Assembly (NCBI GenBank): GCA_963705125.1
Contig: CAVPIY010000005.1
Span: 20,793-84,792 of the forward strand
Reading direction: 5' to 3'
DNA length: 64,000 nt
From: an uncultured Bacteroidales bacterium
GTDB taxonomy: Bacteria; Bacteroidota; Bacteroidia; Bacteroidales; UBA10428
A program made the translations under genes and the position numbers. Numbering within the stretch: position 1 is the stretch's first letter; the number at the start of each line of letters is the position of its first letter. The notes under the pieces were generated by a model that was given only the letters and a program-made list of their open reading frames with translations, searched no databases and was not told the DNA's origin. Shown here in pieces: positions 46,264 to 56,294 of the stretch.

Positions 46264-47427
46264 ATGTATGAAATTTATCAAATTTTCTTTATAAAGTCCC
46301 GTTTTTATGTAAAATGGATAATATCCGCTAAATTTGTCTACGTGAAATTGATTTACCCGAATTGCATGCGTGTTTCTAAGTCGGCCTATCTCCTGTTACT
46401 CATCCTGCTCCTTCTGCTGAATCCTGATTTACCGGGTCAGCCCGGCGGCAAGGCATTTCAGTTTCTCGAAGTGACCAATTCAGCAAGGGTTGCTGCCCTG
46501 GGCGGTGAAGTCGTGGCCCTGCATGATACTGACCTGGATTTGCCGTTCCATAATCCTGCCTTGCTGAATGCAGATATGCATCACAACCTTGCATTGAACT
46601 ATGTAAATTATTTCGCCGGGATTAACTACGGTTATGCATCAGCTGCATCGAATATGGGTAAAGGAACAATAGCAGGGGCTATACATTACCTGAATTACGG
46701 CAAGTTCCAGGGCGCTGATGAAAACGGAATGCTGACCGGGACTTTCAGGGCTGCCGACTATTCGGTTAACGTTATATATGCCAGGCCTTTGGACTCACTA
46801 TGGGCCATAGGACTTACCCTGAAATCCATTTTCTCCGATCTGGAATCCTATAATTCAACAGCTATAGCTGTGGATGCCGGAATTACTTACCATAATCCCG
46901 GTTCCAACTTCACTGCAGCACTGGTCATGAGAAATGCGGGCTGGCAGGTGAAATCGTATTACCCGAATGGTGCCCATGAACCGTTGCCATTTCACATTGC
47001 GATGGGTATTTCACAGGGGCTCAAATATGCACCCCTGACATTTTTTGTTGTGGCAGATCATTTGGAGAGATGGGATCTTCGGTATACAACCCAGGCAGAT
47101 AAAGAAAAAGAAGAAGATCCGTTCACGGGTGAAACTGCCTCTGAAAGCAATTTCGATGTATTTATTGATCAGTTTATGCGTCATGTTATTGTGGGCACGG
47201 AGGTCAACCTGGGTAAGAACCTTGTGTTGCGGGCTGGCTATAACTACAGGCGCAGGCAGGAATTAAAAGTTGATACAAAGCCCAGAATGGTTGGCTTTTC
47301 CTGGGGCATTGGTATAAAAGTTTCGAAATTCCGCATCAGTTACGGCCGCCCGGCCTATCACCTTGCCGGAGGCGGGAATTATTTTTCTTTCAGCATGAAC
47401 CTGGATGAATTCAGTAAAAAGCTCTGA
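46264..47427 (+). CDS. porQ: Type IX secretion system outer-membrane protein PorQ
   Basis: 387-aa ORF. FQFLEVTNSARVAALGG...PFHNPALL matches the PorQ N-terminal pattern, and the gene sits upstream of cmk. The probable start is MRVSKS at 46366. Confidence 0.75.
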   Translation: MYEIYQIFFIKSRFYVKWIISAKFVYVKLIYPNCMRVSKSAYLLLLILLLLLNPDLPGQPGGKAFQFLEVTNSARVAALGGEVVALHDTDLDLPFHNPALLNADMHHNLALNYVNYFAGINYGYASAASNMGKGTIAGAIHYLNYGKFQGADENGMLTGTFRAADYSVNVIYARPLDSLWAIGLTLKSIFSDLESYNSTAIAVDAGITYHNPGSNFTAALVMRNAGWQVKSYYPNGAHEPLPFHIAMGISQGLKYAPLTFFVVADHLERWDLRYTTQADKEKEEDPFTGETASESNFDVFIDQFMRHVIVGTEVNLGKNLVLRAGYNYRRRQELKVDTKPRMVGFSWGIGIKVSKFRISYGRPAYHLAGGGNYFSFSMNLDEFSKKL

Positions 47428-48139
47428 CCTTATGCCGGAAAAGAGAAATTCCATTATTGCCATTGATGGTTATTCCTCATGCGGAAAGAGTACTTTTGCC
47501 CGACTCATCGCACAGGAACTTGGGTATGTGTATATCGACAGCGGTGCCATGTACCGCTCTGTTGCACTGTACTGCCTCGAAAACGGCATCATTTCGGATA
47601 AATTGATCAATATTCCCCGCTTGCTGGCAGAACTTGACCGGATCGATATCCGTTTCAACCTTAATCCTGTTTCAGGTATGCAGGAAACCTGGTTAAACGG
47701 GCTCAATGTCGAAGAAAAGATCAGGGGAATAGAAGTCTCTGCCGTGGTAAGCAACATCAGTCAGATTGGCGAGGTCCGTGGTAAAATGGTCTGCCATCAG
47801 CGTGAAATCGGGAAGAGTGGTGGCGTTGTTATGGATGGCCGTGATATCGGAACGGTTGTTTTCCCTGATGCAAAACTGAAGATTTTCATGACGGCCGATC
47901 CGGACATACGGGCAAAGCGAAGGTATGACGAGCTGAACCAAAAGGGAACACATGTTGCCCTTCCTGATATTGCCGAAAACATCCGGATGCGCGACCGCGA
48001 AGATGAGAACAGGCCGGTAAGTCCGCTTCGTAAAGCGGATAACGCACTGGTTCTGGACAACAGTTACATGACCGTGGCGGAACAAATGGACTGGTTCCGG
48101 GAGAAATGGAAAAACCTGTATGATAAACATGGAAGTTGA
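47405..48139 (+). CDS. cmk: (d)CMP kinase
   Basis: 244-aa ORF with IAIDGYSSCGKST (P-loop), YIDSGAMYR and DGRDIGTVVFPDA. The probable start is at 47432. Confidence 0.9.
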   Translation: MNSVKSSDLMPEKRNSIIAIDGYSSCGKSTFARLIAQELGYVYIDSGAMYRSVALYCLENGIISDKLINIPRLLAELDRIDIRFNLNPVSGMQETWLNGLNVEEKIRGIEVSAVVSNISQIGEVRGKMVCHQREIGKSGGVVMDGRDIGTVVFPDAKLKIFMTADPDIRAKRRYDELNQKGTHVALPDIAENIRMRDREDENRPVSPLRKADNALVLDNSYMTVAEQMDWFREKWKNLYDKHGS

Positions 48140-49004
48140 AATTGATCCCCTCGCTGGTTTTTGCTTTGGTGTAACCCAGGTTGTAAACAAGGCCGAGGAA
48201 ATTATCAGAAAATATGGTCAGCTATTCTGCCTGGGTGAAATCGTCCATAACCAGAAGGAGATTGAAAGACTGGAAAGACTGGGCCTTAAGACCATAACCT
48301 ATGCAGAATTCCTGAAACTTTCCGATTGTCGGGTGCTGATCAGGGCACACGGGGAACCACCCGAGACATACCGGCATGCAGAAAAGAACAACATCGAACT
48401 CATCGATGGCACCTGTCCCATTGTACTCAGGCTTCAAAGCCGCATAAAAAAAGATTTTAATGACCATTCTGACTCCGGTTCCCAAATCGTGATCTTTGGC
48501 AAAAAAGACCATGCCGAGGTCAGGGGACTGGCCGGACAAACCCGCTACCAAACCGTGATCATTGAATCAGAAGATGACCTTGACAGGATTGATTTCACAC
48601 AGGCCGTGCACCTCTATGCGCAAACTACCATGAATCCTGAGAAATACAGTCATCTGAAAAAAAAGATTCTGCAGAAGTCTGCAAACGCCGGAGCAGATCC
48701 CTCATCTGTACAGTGTACACAGTCTATTTGCGGTCAGGTATCCGGCAGGATTCCCCGGTTGAAGAAATTTTGCTCGGGTCATGACCTGATCCTTTTTGTA
48801 AGCTATGTACAGAGCTCAAATGGGAAAGTGCTTTTTGGTCAGTGCAAATCGGTGAATGAAAACTCCTATTTTGTTTCCAATATCCACGAAGTCAGACCCG
48901 AATGGTTTATTAATGCCCTTCATGTGGGCATCACCGGGGCTACATCAACACCCCGCTGGCTGCTCGAGGAATTTGCAAACTATATTCCGCAGATTCTTTC
49001 ATAA
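48120..49004 (+). CDS. ispH: 4-hydroxy-3-methylbut-2-enyl diphosphate reductase
   Basis: 294-aa ORF with AGFCFGV, GEIVHN, DGTCP and ITGATSTP motifs. Confidence 0.9.
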   Translation: MINMEVEIDPLAGFCFGVTQVVNKAEEIIRKYGQLFCLGEIVHNQKEIERLERLGLKTITYAEFLKLSDCRVLIRAHGEPPETYRHAEKNNIELIDGTCPIVLRLQSRIKKDFNDHSDSGSQIVIFGKKDHAEVRGLAGQTRYQTVIIESEDDLDRIDFTQAVHLYAQTTMNPEKYSHLKKKILQKSANAGADPSSVQCTQSICGQVSGRIPRLKKFCSGHDLILFVSYVQSSNGKVLFGQCKSVNENSYFVSNIHEVRPEWFINALHVGITGATSTPRWLLEEFANYIPQILS

Positions 49005-49027
49005 CCCCATAAACAGGACACAGGAAA

Positions 49028-51082
49028 ATGATCTGCTATGCTGATGTCATCCTGCCTCTCCCGGTTGCTGGTGAATTTACCTATCGGGTGGATAGCGAGG
49101 CAAACCGGGTCAAGGCGGGGATGCGAGTATCGGTGCAGTTTGGCAGGAAAAAAAACTATACAGCCCTTGTACACAGAATCCATTCCCGTAAACCGAAAGG
49201 ATATGAGGTTAAAAGTATTTTGTCATTGCTGGATGACAAGCCCGTTGTAAATGAACAGCAGTTCAGGTTATGGAAATGGATCAGTGAATATTATATGTGC
49301 ACCCTGGGCGAAGTATACAAGGCTGCCTTACCCTCCGGCCTGAAGTTCAAGAAAGAGGATCCATTGACTACCCGCGATGATAATCATCTTCAGAAACGCA
49401 GGTTGAAAAGAAAACCTGTACAGGAAAGGGGTGAATTAATTATTGCAAAACAAGCCGAATTGAGTTCTGCCCAACAGCAGGCTCTGCAAGAGATCCGGGA
49501 TTCCTTCATAAAGACGGATGTGGTATTGCTGCATGGTGTGACCTCCAGTGGTAAAACTGAGATCTACATTCAACTGATCAATGAAACGCTGAAACAAGGC
49601 AAACAGGTATTATACCTGCTTCCCGAAATTGCCCTTACAGCCCAGATCATGTACAGGCTGCAATCTGCTTTCGGGCAGGAAGTAGCGGTTTATCACTCAA
49701 AATTCTCTGATAAAGAACGGGAGGAGACCTGGAAGAAATTACTGGATCCCGGACCCGGTGAACAGATCCGGATTGTTCTCGGGGCGCGTTCATCCATTTT
49801 CCTGCCCCTCAGCAATGCCGGACTGATCATCGTTGATGAGGAACACGAAAACACCTATAAGCAGTTTGACCCCGCACCGCGCTACCATGCCCGTGATACA
49901 GCCATTATGCTTGCCCGTTTTCACGGAGCCAGGGTAGTGCTGGGTACTGCAACACCATCCGTGGAGACCTATTACAATTGCAGGTCAGGCAAATATTCTC
50001 TTGTGGAACTCACCGATCGCTTCGGTGACGTTGAACTTCCTGAAATACAGGTGGTAAATACCCGGGAACTGAAACGGAAAAAACGGATGCAATCCCATTT
50101 TTCCCCTGCCTTGCTTGAGGCCATCACGCAGGCATTGAACAACCATGAACAGATCATTCTATTCCAGAACAGGCGTGGATTCTCCCTTTTTATCGAATGT
50201 GGAGAATGCGGTGAAATACCACGCTGCCGTTACTGTGATGTAAGCCTGACCTACCACAAAATCAGCAACCGGCTTACCTGTCATTACTGCAGCTGTGGTA
50301 TACCTGTTCCTAATATCTGCGCGGTCTGCGGCAGTCCTGCCTTAAAAATGCAGGGTTTTGGAACGGAAAAGATCGAAGAGGAAATAGCCCGATACTTTCC
50401 TGAAGCACGTGTTGCAAGGATGGACCTGGATTCGACCCGGCGCCGGAAATCCTATGAACAAATCATTGCCCGGTTCGAACTGCATGAATCGGATATCCTT
50501 GTCGGAACTCAAATGGTATCCAAAGGCCTCGATTTTGAACATGTCAGGCTGGTGGGCATCGTAAATGCAGATACTATGCTGAATTATCCCGATTTCCGCG
50601 CACATGAAAGGAGTTACCAGCTAATGGCCCAGGTAAGCGGACGCGCTGGCCGGAAAGGTAAAAGGGGCCTGGTCATCATTCAGACATCTGACCATCAACA
50701 CCCGGTTATCGATAAAGTAGTGCAGAATGATTTCAGCGGCTTATACAGGTCCCAGCTTGAAGAACGCAGGAAATTCCAATACCCCCCTTTCTGCAGGCTG
50801 ATTGAGATAACGCTCAGGCATCGTGAGCGGGATTTGCTGGATAAGGCCGCTGAATTCCTCGCCCAGAGACTTAAACAGTATACCTCCGAAAAAATACTTG
50901 GACCAGAGTACCCGCTTGTAAGTCGCATACAAAACCTGTATCTCAAAACCCTGCTGGTTAAAACTGAAAAGAGTGCATCCCTTCCTTCAGTAAAAAACCA
51001 GATTATCTTTCTCCTGACTGAACTATCTGAACATCCCATGTTCCGCTCGGTCACCCATGTTGTTGATGTAGATCCTTATTAA
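49028..51082 (+). CDS. priA: Primosomal protein N' (replication restart helicase)
   Basis: 684-aa ORF. It has the ADVILPLP N-terminus, Walker A GVTSSGKTE, the DEEH box, and the Cys-rich zinc region (CGECGEIPRCRYCDVSLTYH...CHYCS...CAVCGS). Confidence 0.9.
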   Translation: MICYADVILPLPVAGEFTYRVDSEANRVKAGMRVSVQFGRKKNYTALVHRIHSRKPKGYEVKSILSLLDDKPVVNEQQFRLWKWISEYYMCTLGEVYKAALPSGLKFKKEDPLTTRDDNHLQKRRLKRKPVQERGELIIAKQAELSSAQQQALQEIRDSFIKTDVVLLHGVTSSGKTEIYIQLINETLKQGKQVLYLLPEIALTAQIMYRLQSAFGQEVAVYHSKFSDKEREETWKKLLDPGPGEQIRIVLGARSSIFLPLSNAGLIIVDEEHENTYKQFDPAPRYHARDTAIMLARFHGARVVLGTATPSVETYYNCRSGKYSLVELTDRFGDVELPEIQVVNTRELKRKKRMQSHFSPALLEAITQALNNHEQIILFQNRRGFSLFIECGECGEIPRCRYCDVSLTYHKISNRLTCHYCSCGIPVPNICAVCGSPALKMQGFGTEKIEEEIARYFPEARVARMDLDSTRRRKSYEQIIARFELHESDILVGTQMVSKGLDFEHVRLVGIVNADTMLNYPDFRAHERSYQLMAQVSGRAGRKGKRGLVIIQTSDHQHPVIDKVVQNDFSGLYRSQLEERRKFQYPPFCRLIEITLRHRERDLLDKAAEFLAQRLKQYTSEKILGPEYPLVSRIQNLYLKTLLVKTEKSASLPSVKNQIIFLLTELSEHPMFRSVTHVVDVDPY

Positions 51083-51093
51083 CACAAACAACG

Positions 51094-51750
51094 ATGATCA
51101 TCATTGCACTAACTGATATTCATGCACGGATAAAAGCCATCACCGAACTCGCCGGAAAACTCAGATCCGCTGATCTTTTGCTGCTTTGCGGGGACATTAC
51201 CCACTTTGGGCATAAAAAAGAAATGGCAGACATTCTACAGCTTATCCGCGGGATCAAACCGGCTGTAATGGCTGTTTCCGGAAACTGCGATCACCCCGAT
51301 GCCGAAAAATACCTCATGGAGGAAAATCTGTCCCTGAATGGGGTATGTAAAATGTTTTGTGGCTATACACTGTTCGGACTTAGCGGATCCTTGCCCTGTC
51401 CTGGCAGAACACCCCAGGAATATGATGAGGAAGAATTTAAGGTCCTGTTAGCCGGTATGGTAATTCCCGCCGAAAATCCATTGTTGATGGTATCACACCA
51501 GCCTCCTTACGGAACCCTGAATGACCAGGTTTCTCCGGGCTTTCATGTCGGCAGCAAAGCCATCCGGAACTTCATTGAAAAACAACAGCCCCTGATCTGC
51601 TTCACCGGCCATATCCACGAAGGGACAGGCATTGACCATATCAGAAATACGGCTGTGGTAAATCCGGGTCCGGCCGGAACCGGCAAATATGTCCTGGCTG
51701 AAATCACAGACGGGATAGTAGAAAAACTGGAAATCAATCATGCCCGTTAA
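51094..51750 (+). CDS. Metallophosphoesterase-family protein
   Basis: 218-aa ORF with LTDIH, CGDITHFG, GNCD and GHIHEG motifs. Confidence 0.75.
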   Translation: MIIIALTDIHARIKAITELAGKLRSADLLLLCGDITHFGHKKEMADILQLIRGIKPAVMAVSGNCDHPDAEKYLMEENLSLNGVCKMFCGYTLFGLSGSLPCPGRTPQEYDEEEFKVLLAGMVIPAENPLLMVSHQPPYGTLNDQVSPGFHVGSKAIRNFIEKQQPLICFTGHIHEGTGIDHIRNTAVVNPGPAGTGKYVLAEITDGIVEKLEINHAR

Positions 51751-51772
51751 ATAGTATATTAATCCAATTATA

Positions 51773-52570
51773 GTGATGCTGAAAAGAGTAAAGTACATCC
51801 TCAGTCTGTTCGGGCTGCTATTTCTGGCAGACAGGATCCGTTTCCGGGTTCATCACTGGATTACATCAGAAAAACGTACAAAATTCCGGAATGACAATCC
51901 GGATGTGAAACTTCCTCCGGATTACCTGATCTATGAGTCATTCAGACTGGATTACCATAAGTATTATTTTGGAGGACGGGAAACCGCAAACTGGATAATC
52001 GGTCATTTGGGGAAATATCTGCCCCTTGAAAATATCAGGATCCTTGACTGGGGTTGCGGTCCTGCAAGGGTGGCCAGACATCTGCCTGATTTGCTGAAGA
52101 CTGACTGTGAGATCTTTGGAACTGATTTCAACCCGGCCTCCATACAATGGAACCGGGAAAACATTCCTCAGGTGAATTTCTCCCTGAACAAGCTCGAACC
52201 TCCATTGCCCTATTCCGGACATTTCTTTGATGCCGTATATGGTATTTCTATTTTTACCCATCTATCCGAGAAGCTGCACTATGCCTGGTTTGCTGAACTG
52301 GTCAGGATTACGAGGACAGGGGGAATTATTCTTCTGACCATGCAGGGCCGGGCATTTACCGGAAAACTGACTCCTTCCGAACTGGAGATTTTTGATCAGG
52401 ACAGGATTGTGGTCAGGGGACATGCCAAAATCGGGCATAGAACCTATTCCGCTTTCCATCCCGAAAAATTTGTGCGGGAACTGACGAAAGATCACTCAAT
52501 TGCCGGATTTGTACCAGGAGGTGTATCAAACGGCCAGCCTATTCAGGATGTCTGGATAATCAGGGTTTAG
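51773..52570 (+). CDS. Class I SAM-dependent methyltransferase
   Basis: 265-aa ORF with SAM-binding motif I (ILDWGCGPARVARHL). Confidence 0.75.
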   Translation: MMLKRVKYILSLFGLLFLADRIRFRVHHWITSEKRTKFRNDNPDVKLPPDYLIYESFRLDYHKYYFGGRETANWIIGHLGKYLPLENIRILDWGCGPARVARHLPDLLKTDCEIFGTDFNPASIQWNRENIPQVNFSLNKLEPPLPYSGHFFDAVYGISIFTHLSEKLHYAWFAELVRITRTGGIILLTMQGRAFTGKLTPSELEIFDQDRIVVRGHAKIGHRTYSAFHPEKFVRELTKDHSIAGFVPGGVSNGQPIQDVWIIRV

Positions 52571-52605
52571 CGCAATATACTGTTGCATAATTATGCGTAA
52601 GTGTA

Positions 52606-53163
52606 TTATAGGATATATGGGATAAACATTCTGGTTCTTTTCATGTATTCCAGATACTGGTCTCCAAAATAGGCAATGCATTCTTTTTCATCATATCGTG
52701 ATGTAAGGTAAAGCATGATTGTGGAAACGAGGGCGACAGTTAGCAGGCCGGTCGCGGGATGTTTAAAAAAGATCCCCCAGGTCAGGAAGATCAGGGAGGC
52801 ATATAGCGGATGACGGATGTACTTGTATATACCCGTATCAATGAGTTGCGTGGTTTTTTCAAATCCGAACAGAGTTTCTGCATTGCGTGAGCGGTCAATT
52901 TTTCCTTCCCTGGCAAACCTCATGATCCCGGTTATTACCAGATAGGCAGCAAGGATCAGGAGGATCCAGGCAATGATCTGGTTAAAACTCAGGGGATCTG
53001 AAAACCAGTATCTGTAATTGCTTACCGCCAGCCACAGGATTCCTTCCCAGGCAAAAAAACGATAGAATCCATGACTTCTGGTATGGAACAAGGTCCTCCA
53101 CGAAACAGCGATAATCGGAACACTCAATAACACGAATATGATAATTTTCTCCATGGCTAACAT
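52606..53163 (-). CDS. Isoprenylcysteine carboxyl methyltransferase (ICMT/PEMT)-family membrane protein
   Basis: 185-aa polytopic ORF with GIYKYIRHPLYASLIF. Confidence 0.7.
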   Translation of the reverse strand: MLAMEKIIIFVLLSVPIIAVSWRTLFHTRSHGFYRFFAWEGILWLAVSNYRYWFSDPLSFNQIIAWILLILAAYLVITGIMRFAREGKIDRSRNAETLFGFEKTTQLIDTGIYKYIRHPLYASLIFLTWGIFFKHPATGLLTVALVSTIMLYLTSRYDEKECIAYFGDQYLEYMKRTRMFIPYIL

Positions 53164-53312
53164 TGGTTTATTCCTCTACAGGATTTTTACCGGTTGCAGA
53201 GTTACGGTCGTTGAATTTCATATGTAGAGACTACCCGGGCTATAACAAAGATAATCAGAAATTAAGAATATTTTTTACCTTTAACGGAGCATTCATTCAT
53301 GAAATATTTGAT

Positions 53313-55004
53313 ATGAACCAATTAATTGAATGCGTCCCGAATTTCAGCGAAGGACGTGACATGCAAGTAATAAACCGGATAACGGACGAAATTGAAAAAG
53401 TGGAAGGCATAAAACTTCTGGACATAGACCCGGGTAAAGCCACAAACCGCACCGTGGTCACTTTTGTCGGCGAGCCGGTAGCTGTTTGTGAGGCTGCTTT
53501 CCGCGCTGTAAAAAAGTCATCGGAACTGATCGACATGGGCAGGCATCATGGTGCCCATCCCCGGTTCGGTGCCACCGATGTATGCCCGCTGGTGCCTGTA
53601 GCCAATATCTCCATGGAAGAAGTCGCCGCTTATGCCCGAAAGCTTGCCCGCCGGATCGGGGAAGAACTGCAAATTCCGGTCTATTGTTATGAGTTTGCTG
53701 CCTCTGAAGAGAAACGCCGGAATCTGGCCAATTGCAGACAGGGTGAATATGAGGGACTTGCCAAGAAAATGTCATCTTCTGACTGGAAACCTGATTTCGG
53801 GCCATCGGTCTGGGATGACCAGATTGCCCGCACAGGAGCCACAGCAGTCGGAGCCAGGAATTTCCTCATTGCCTATAATGTTAATCTGAATACCACTTCC
53901 ATACGCCGTGCAAATGCGGTTGCCTTTGATATCCGCGAAAAAGGACGGATCAAACGCGAGGGAGATCCTGTAACGGGAAGGATTGTATATGATGCTGCCG
54001 GCGAACCTGTTTATGAACCCGGCCTGCTGAAAGCCGTGAAAGCCATTGGCTGGTATATTGAAGAGTACGGCATTGCCCAGATATCCATCAACCTGACAGA
54101 CCTGAATGTTTCTCCTCTCCACAAGGTCTTTGACATCGCCTGTGAGTGTGCTGCAGCCCGTGGACTGCGGGTGACCGGCTCCGAGCTGGTGGGCATGGTC
54201 CCCCTGGGTGCTATGCTTGATGCCGGAAAATACTTCCTGCAAAAACAACAGCGGTCGGCCGGAATCCCGGAAAAGGAGATTGTCAGGATCGCAGTGAAAT
54301 CACTTGGCCTGGATGACCTGGCACCCTTCGATCCGGAAAAAAAGATCCTAGAATATCTGCTCAGGGATAAATCAACCAGGAAACTGGTGGATATGAGTCT
54401 TTTCGACTTTGCCGATGAAACTTCTTCTGAATCACCGGCTCCCGGCGGGGGTTCCATTTCAGCATACATGGGGGTGCTGGGTGCGTCCCTGGCCACCATG
54501 GTGGCCAACCTTTCATCGCATAAAGCCGGATGGGATGCCCGCTGGCAGGAGTTCTCCGATCATGCGGAGAAGGGCATGATGATCCAGCAGAACCTTCTGA
54601 AACTGGTGGATGAGGATACGCAGGCCTTTAACCGGGTGATGAAAGCCCTGGGCATGCCGAAAGGCAACGAGACTGAAAAAGCTGACCGTAAACAGGCCCT
54701 GCAGGCAGCCACCCGTCATGCAACGGAAGTGCCGCTGGCAGTCATGCGACAGGTCTTAGATTCCTTCATACTGATAAAAGCCATGGCTGAAACCGGTAAT
54801 CCCAGTTCCGTTTCTGATGCCGGAGTAGGCGCGTTGTGTGCACGCAGCGCGGTAATGGGGGCCTTCCTGAATGTAAAGATCAATGCAGCCGGGCTTGACG
54901 ATAAGGAATTCGTCAGTCAGGTACTGGCCGAAGGAAGGGAGATGGAATCGGCAGCGATCCGGCACGAGGAGGAGATATTGGGGATCGTTAATAAGAAGAT
55001 TTGA
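53313..55004 (+). CDS. ftcD: Bifunctional glutamate formimidoyltransferase / formimidoyltetrahydrofolate cyclodeaminase
   Basis: The ORF is listed from 53163, but the conserved start is MNQLIECVPNFSEGRD at 53313. The N-terminal FT domain (HPRFGATDVCP) is followed by a C-terminal cyclodeaminase domain (PAPGGGSISAYMGVLGASL). Confidence 0.88.
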   Translation: MNQLIECVPNFSEGRDMQVINRITDEIEKVEGIKLLDIDPGKATNRTVVTFVGEPVAVCEAAFRAVKKSSELIDMGRHHGAHPRFGATDVCPLVPVANISMEEVAAYARKLARRIGEELQIPVYCYEFAASEEKRRNLANCRQGEYEGLAKKMSSSDWKPDFGPSVWDDQIARTGATAVGARNFLIAYNVNLNTTSIRRANAVAFDIREKGRIKREGDPVTGRIVYDAAGEPVYEPGLLKAVKAIGWYIEEYGIAQISINLTDLNVSPLHKVFDIACECAAARGLRVTGSELVGMVPLGAMLDAGKYFLQKQQRSAGIPEKEIVRIAVKSLGLDDLAPFDPEKKILEYLLRDKSTRKLVDMSLFDFADETSSESPAPGGGSISAYMGVLGASLATMVANLSSHKAGWDARWQEFSDHAEKGMMIQQNLLKLVDEDTQAFNRVMKALGMPKGNETEKADRKQALQAATRHATEVPLAVMRQVLDSFILIKAMAETGNPSSVSDAGVGALCARSAVMGAFLNVKINAAGLDDKEFVSQVLAEGREMESAAIRHEEEILGIVNKKI

Positions 55005-55005
55005 T

Positions 55006-55069
55006 GATTTATTGATTTGCTGCGCCCACCGAAGCCTTGGCGAAGGTTGGCGCAGCAAATCAATAAATC
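55006..55069. terminator. 21-bp perfect inverted repeat between convergent ftcD and hutI (bidirectional terminator / REP-like element)
   Basis: Read directly: gatttattgatttgctgcgcc (55006-55026) and ggcgcagcaaatcaataaatc (55049-55069), with a 22-nt GC-rich loop. The right arm overlaps the hutI stop. Confidence 0.7.
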
Positions 55070-56292
55070 ACCCTTCTTCCCCTCTTCCACACCATCTCAG
55101 GCATCATCCCCCCCTGGTTATACAGGATTTCCCTGTAATCCCTGCATGGGAAGGCAATAAAATCGGCCATTAATCCGGGTTTCAAAGCACCGCGCTCGGG
55201 CAGGCGAAGCGCACTGGCAGCCCGGCATGTGATGGCAGCCAGGGTTTCAGCCATGGTGAGCTTTTCGTATGCGCCCAGCACGGCAGCCTGCATAAGCAGG
55301 TTTCCCATAGGCGCGGAACCCGGATTCCAATCCGAGGCAATAACGAGCGGAGCGCCTGCATCAAGCAGTTTCCTGGCAGGGGCGAAATTCATGCCCAGTC
55401 CGAGTGAAGCGCCAGGCAAGGCAACCGGAATTACATGACTGCCTGCCAGCATGGCAATATCTTCATCAGAACTGGCCTCGAGGTGATCGGCGCTCAGGGC
55501 TCCGACCTCAACTGCCAGATGGGATCCGCCAGGTTTAAACTGGTCGGCATGCACCACCACATCGAATCCCATTTCCTTTGCCCCGGACAGGTAATGAAGT
55601 GCATCCTTTGGGTTAAATGCTCCCTCATCCACATAAATGTCAACCCTATGGCTTAATTGCTCAGTCCTTATCTTAGGCAACAATTCCCTGATCAGATAAT
55701 GGAGGTATTCGCTTGATGAACCCGCAAAATCCGTGGGTTTGATATGCGCGGCCAGGCAGGTCGGCACAAGATCAGTCCGGGTTATATCATTTGCGCAATG
55801 TATGGCCTTCAGCATCTTCCTTTCAGCATCAGTACTTAATCCATACCCGCTTTTAACCTCCACCGTTGTAACACCCTGGTGCAGTAATCTTTCTGCCCTT
55901 GAGGCAGTAAGTTCCGACAGTTCCTCTATACTTGCTTCACGGGTCTTGGTAACTGTGCTCCAGATCCCTCCTCCCCGGCTCGCGATGTCAAGATACGAAT
56001 ATCCTGAAAGTCGCATCGCGTAATCCCCTGCCCTGGAACCGGCCCAGCACAGATGTGTGTGGACGTCAATCAGACCCGGGATGATTACATGATCCCCGAC
56101 AACCGGTTCCACATCTGAGGTCAGGCTTTTCATTTCCCTGAAAGTTCCCACGGCTTCAATCACCCCGTTATTTACCAGTATGCCGGCATGATCCACGATT
56201 TCGAGCTGATCATCGGAAAGCGGACCTTTGTTTGGTAGGCCATCCATGGTTAAAAGCTGGGAGAACGGACCGATTAATTTGAGTTTATTCAT
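55060..56292 (-). CDS. hutI: Imidazolonepropionase
   Basis: 410-aa intact ORF with PGLIDVHTHL, the HADQ context (VVVHADQF) and an amidohydrolase fold pattern. Confidence 0.9.
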   Translation of the reverse strand: MNKLKLIGPFSQLLTMDGLPNKGPLSDDQLEIVDHAGILVNNGVIEAVGTFREMKSLTSDVEPVVGDHVIIPGLIDVHTHLCWAGSRAGDYAMRLSGYSYLDIASRGGGIWSTVTKTREASIEELSELTASRAERLLHQGVTTVEVKSGYGLSTDAERKMLKAIHCANDITRTDLVPTCLAAHIKPTDFAGSSSEYLHYLIRELLPKIRTEQLSHRVDIYVDEGAFNPKDALHYLSGAKEMGFDVVVHADQFKPGGSHLAVEVGALSADHLEASSDEDIAMLAGSHVIPVALPGASLGLGMNFAPARKLLDAGAPLVIASDWNPGSAPMGNLLMQAAVLGAYEKLTMAETLAAITCRAASALRLPERGALKPGLMADFIAFPCRDYREILYNQGGMMPEMVWKRGRRVIY

Positions 56293-56294
56293 TT

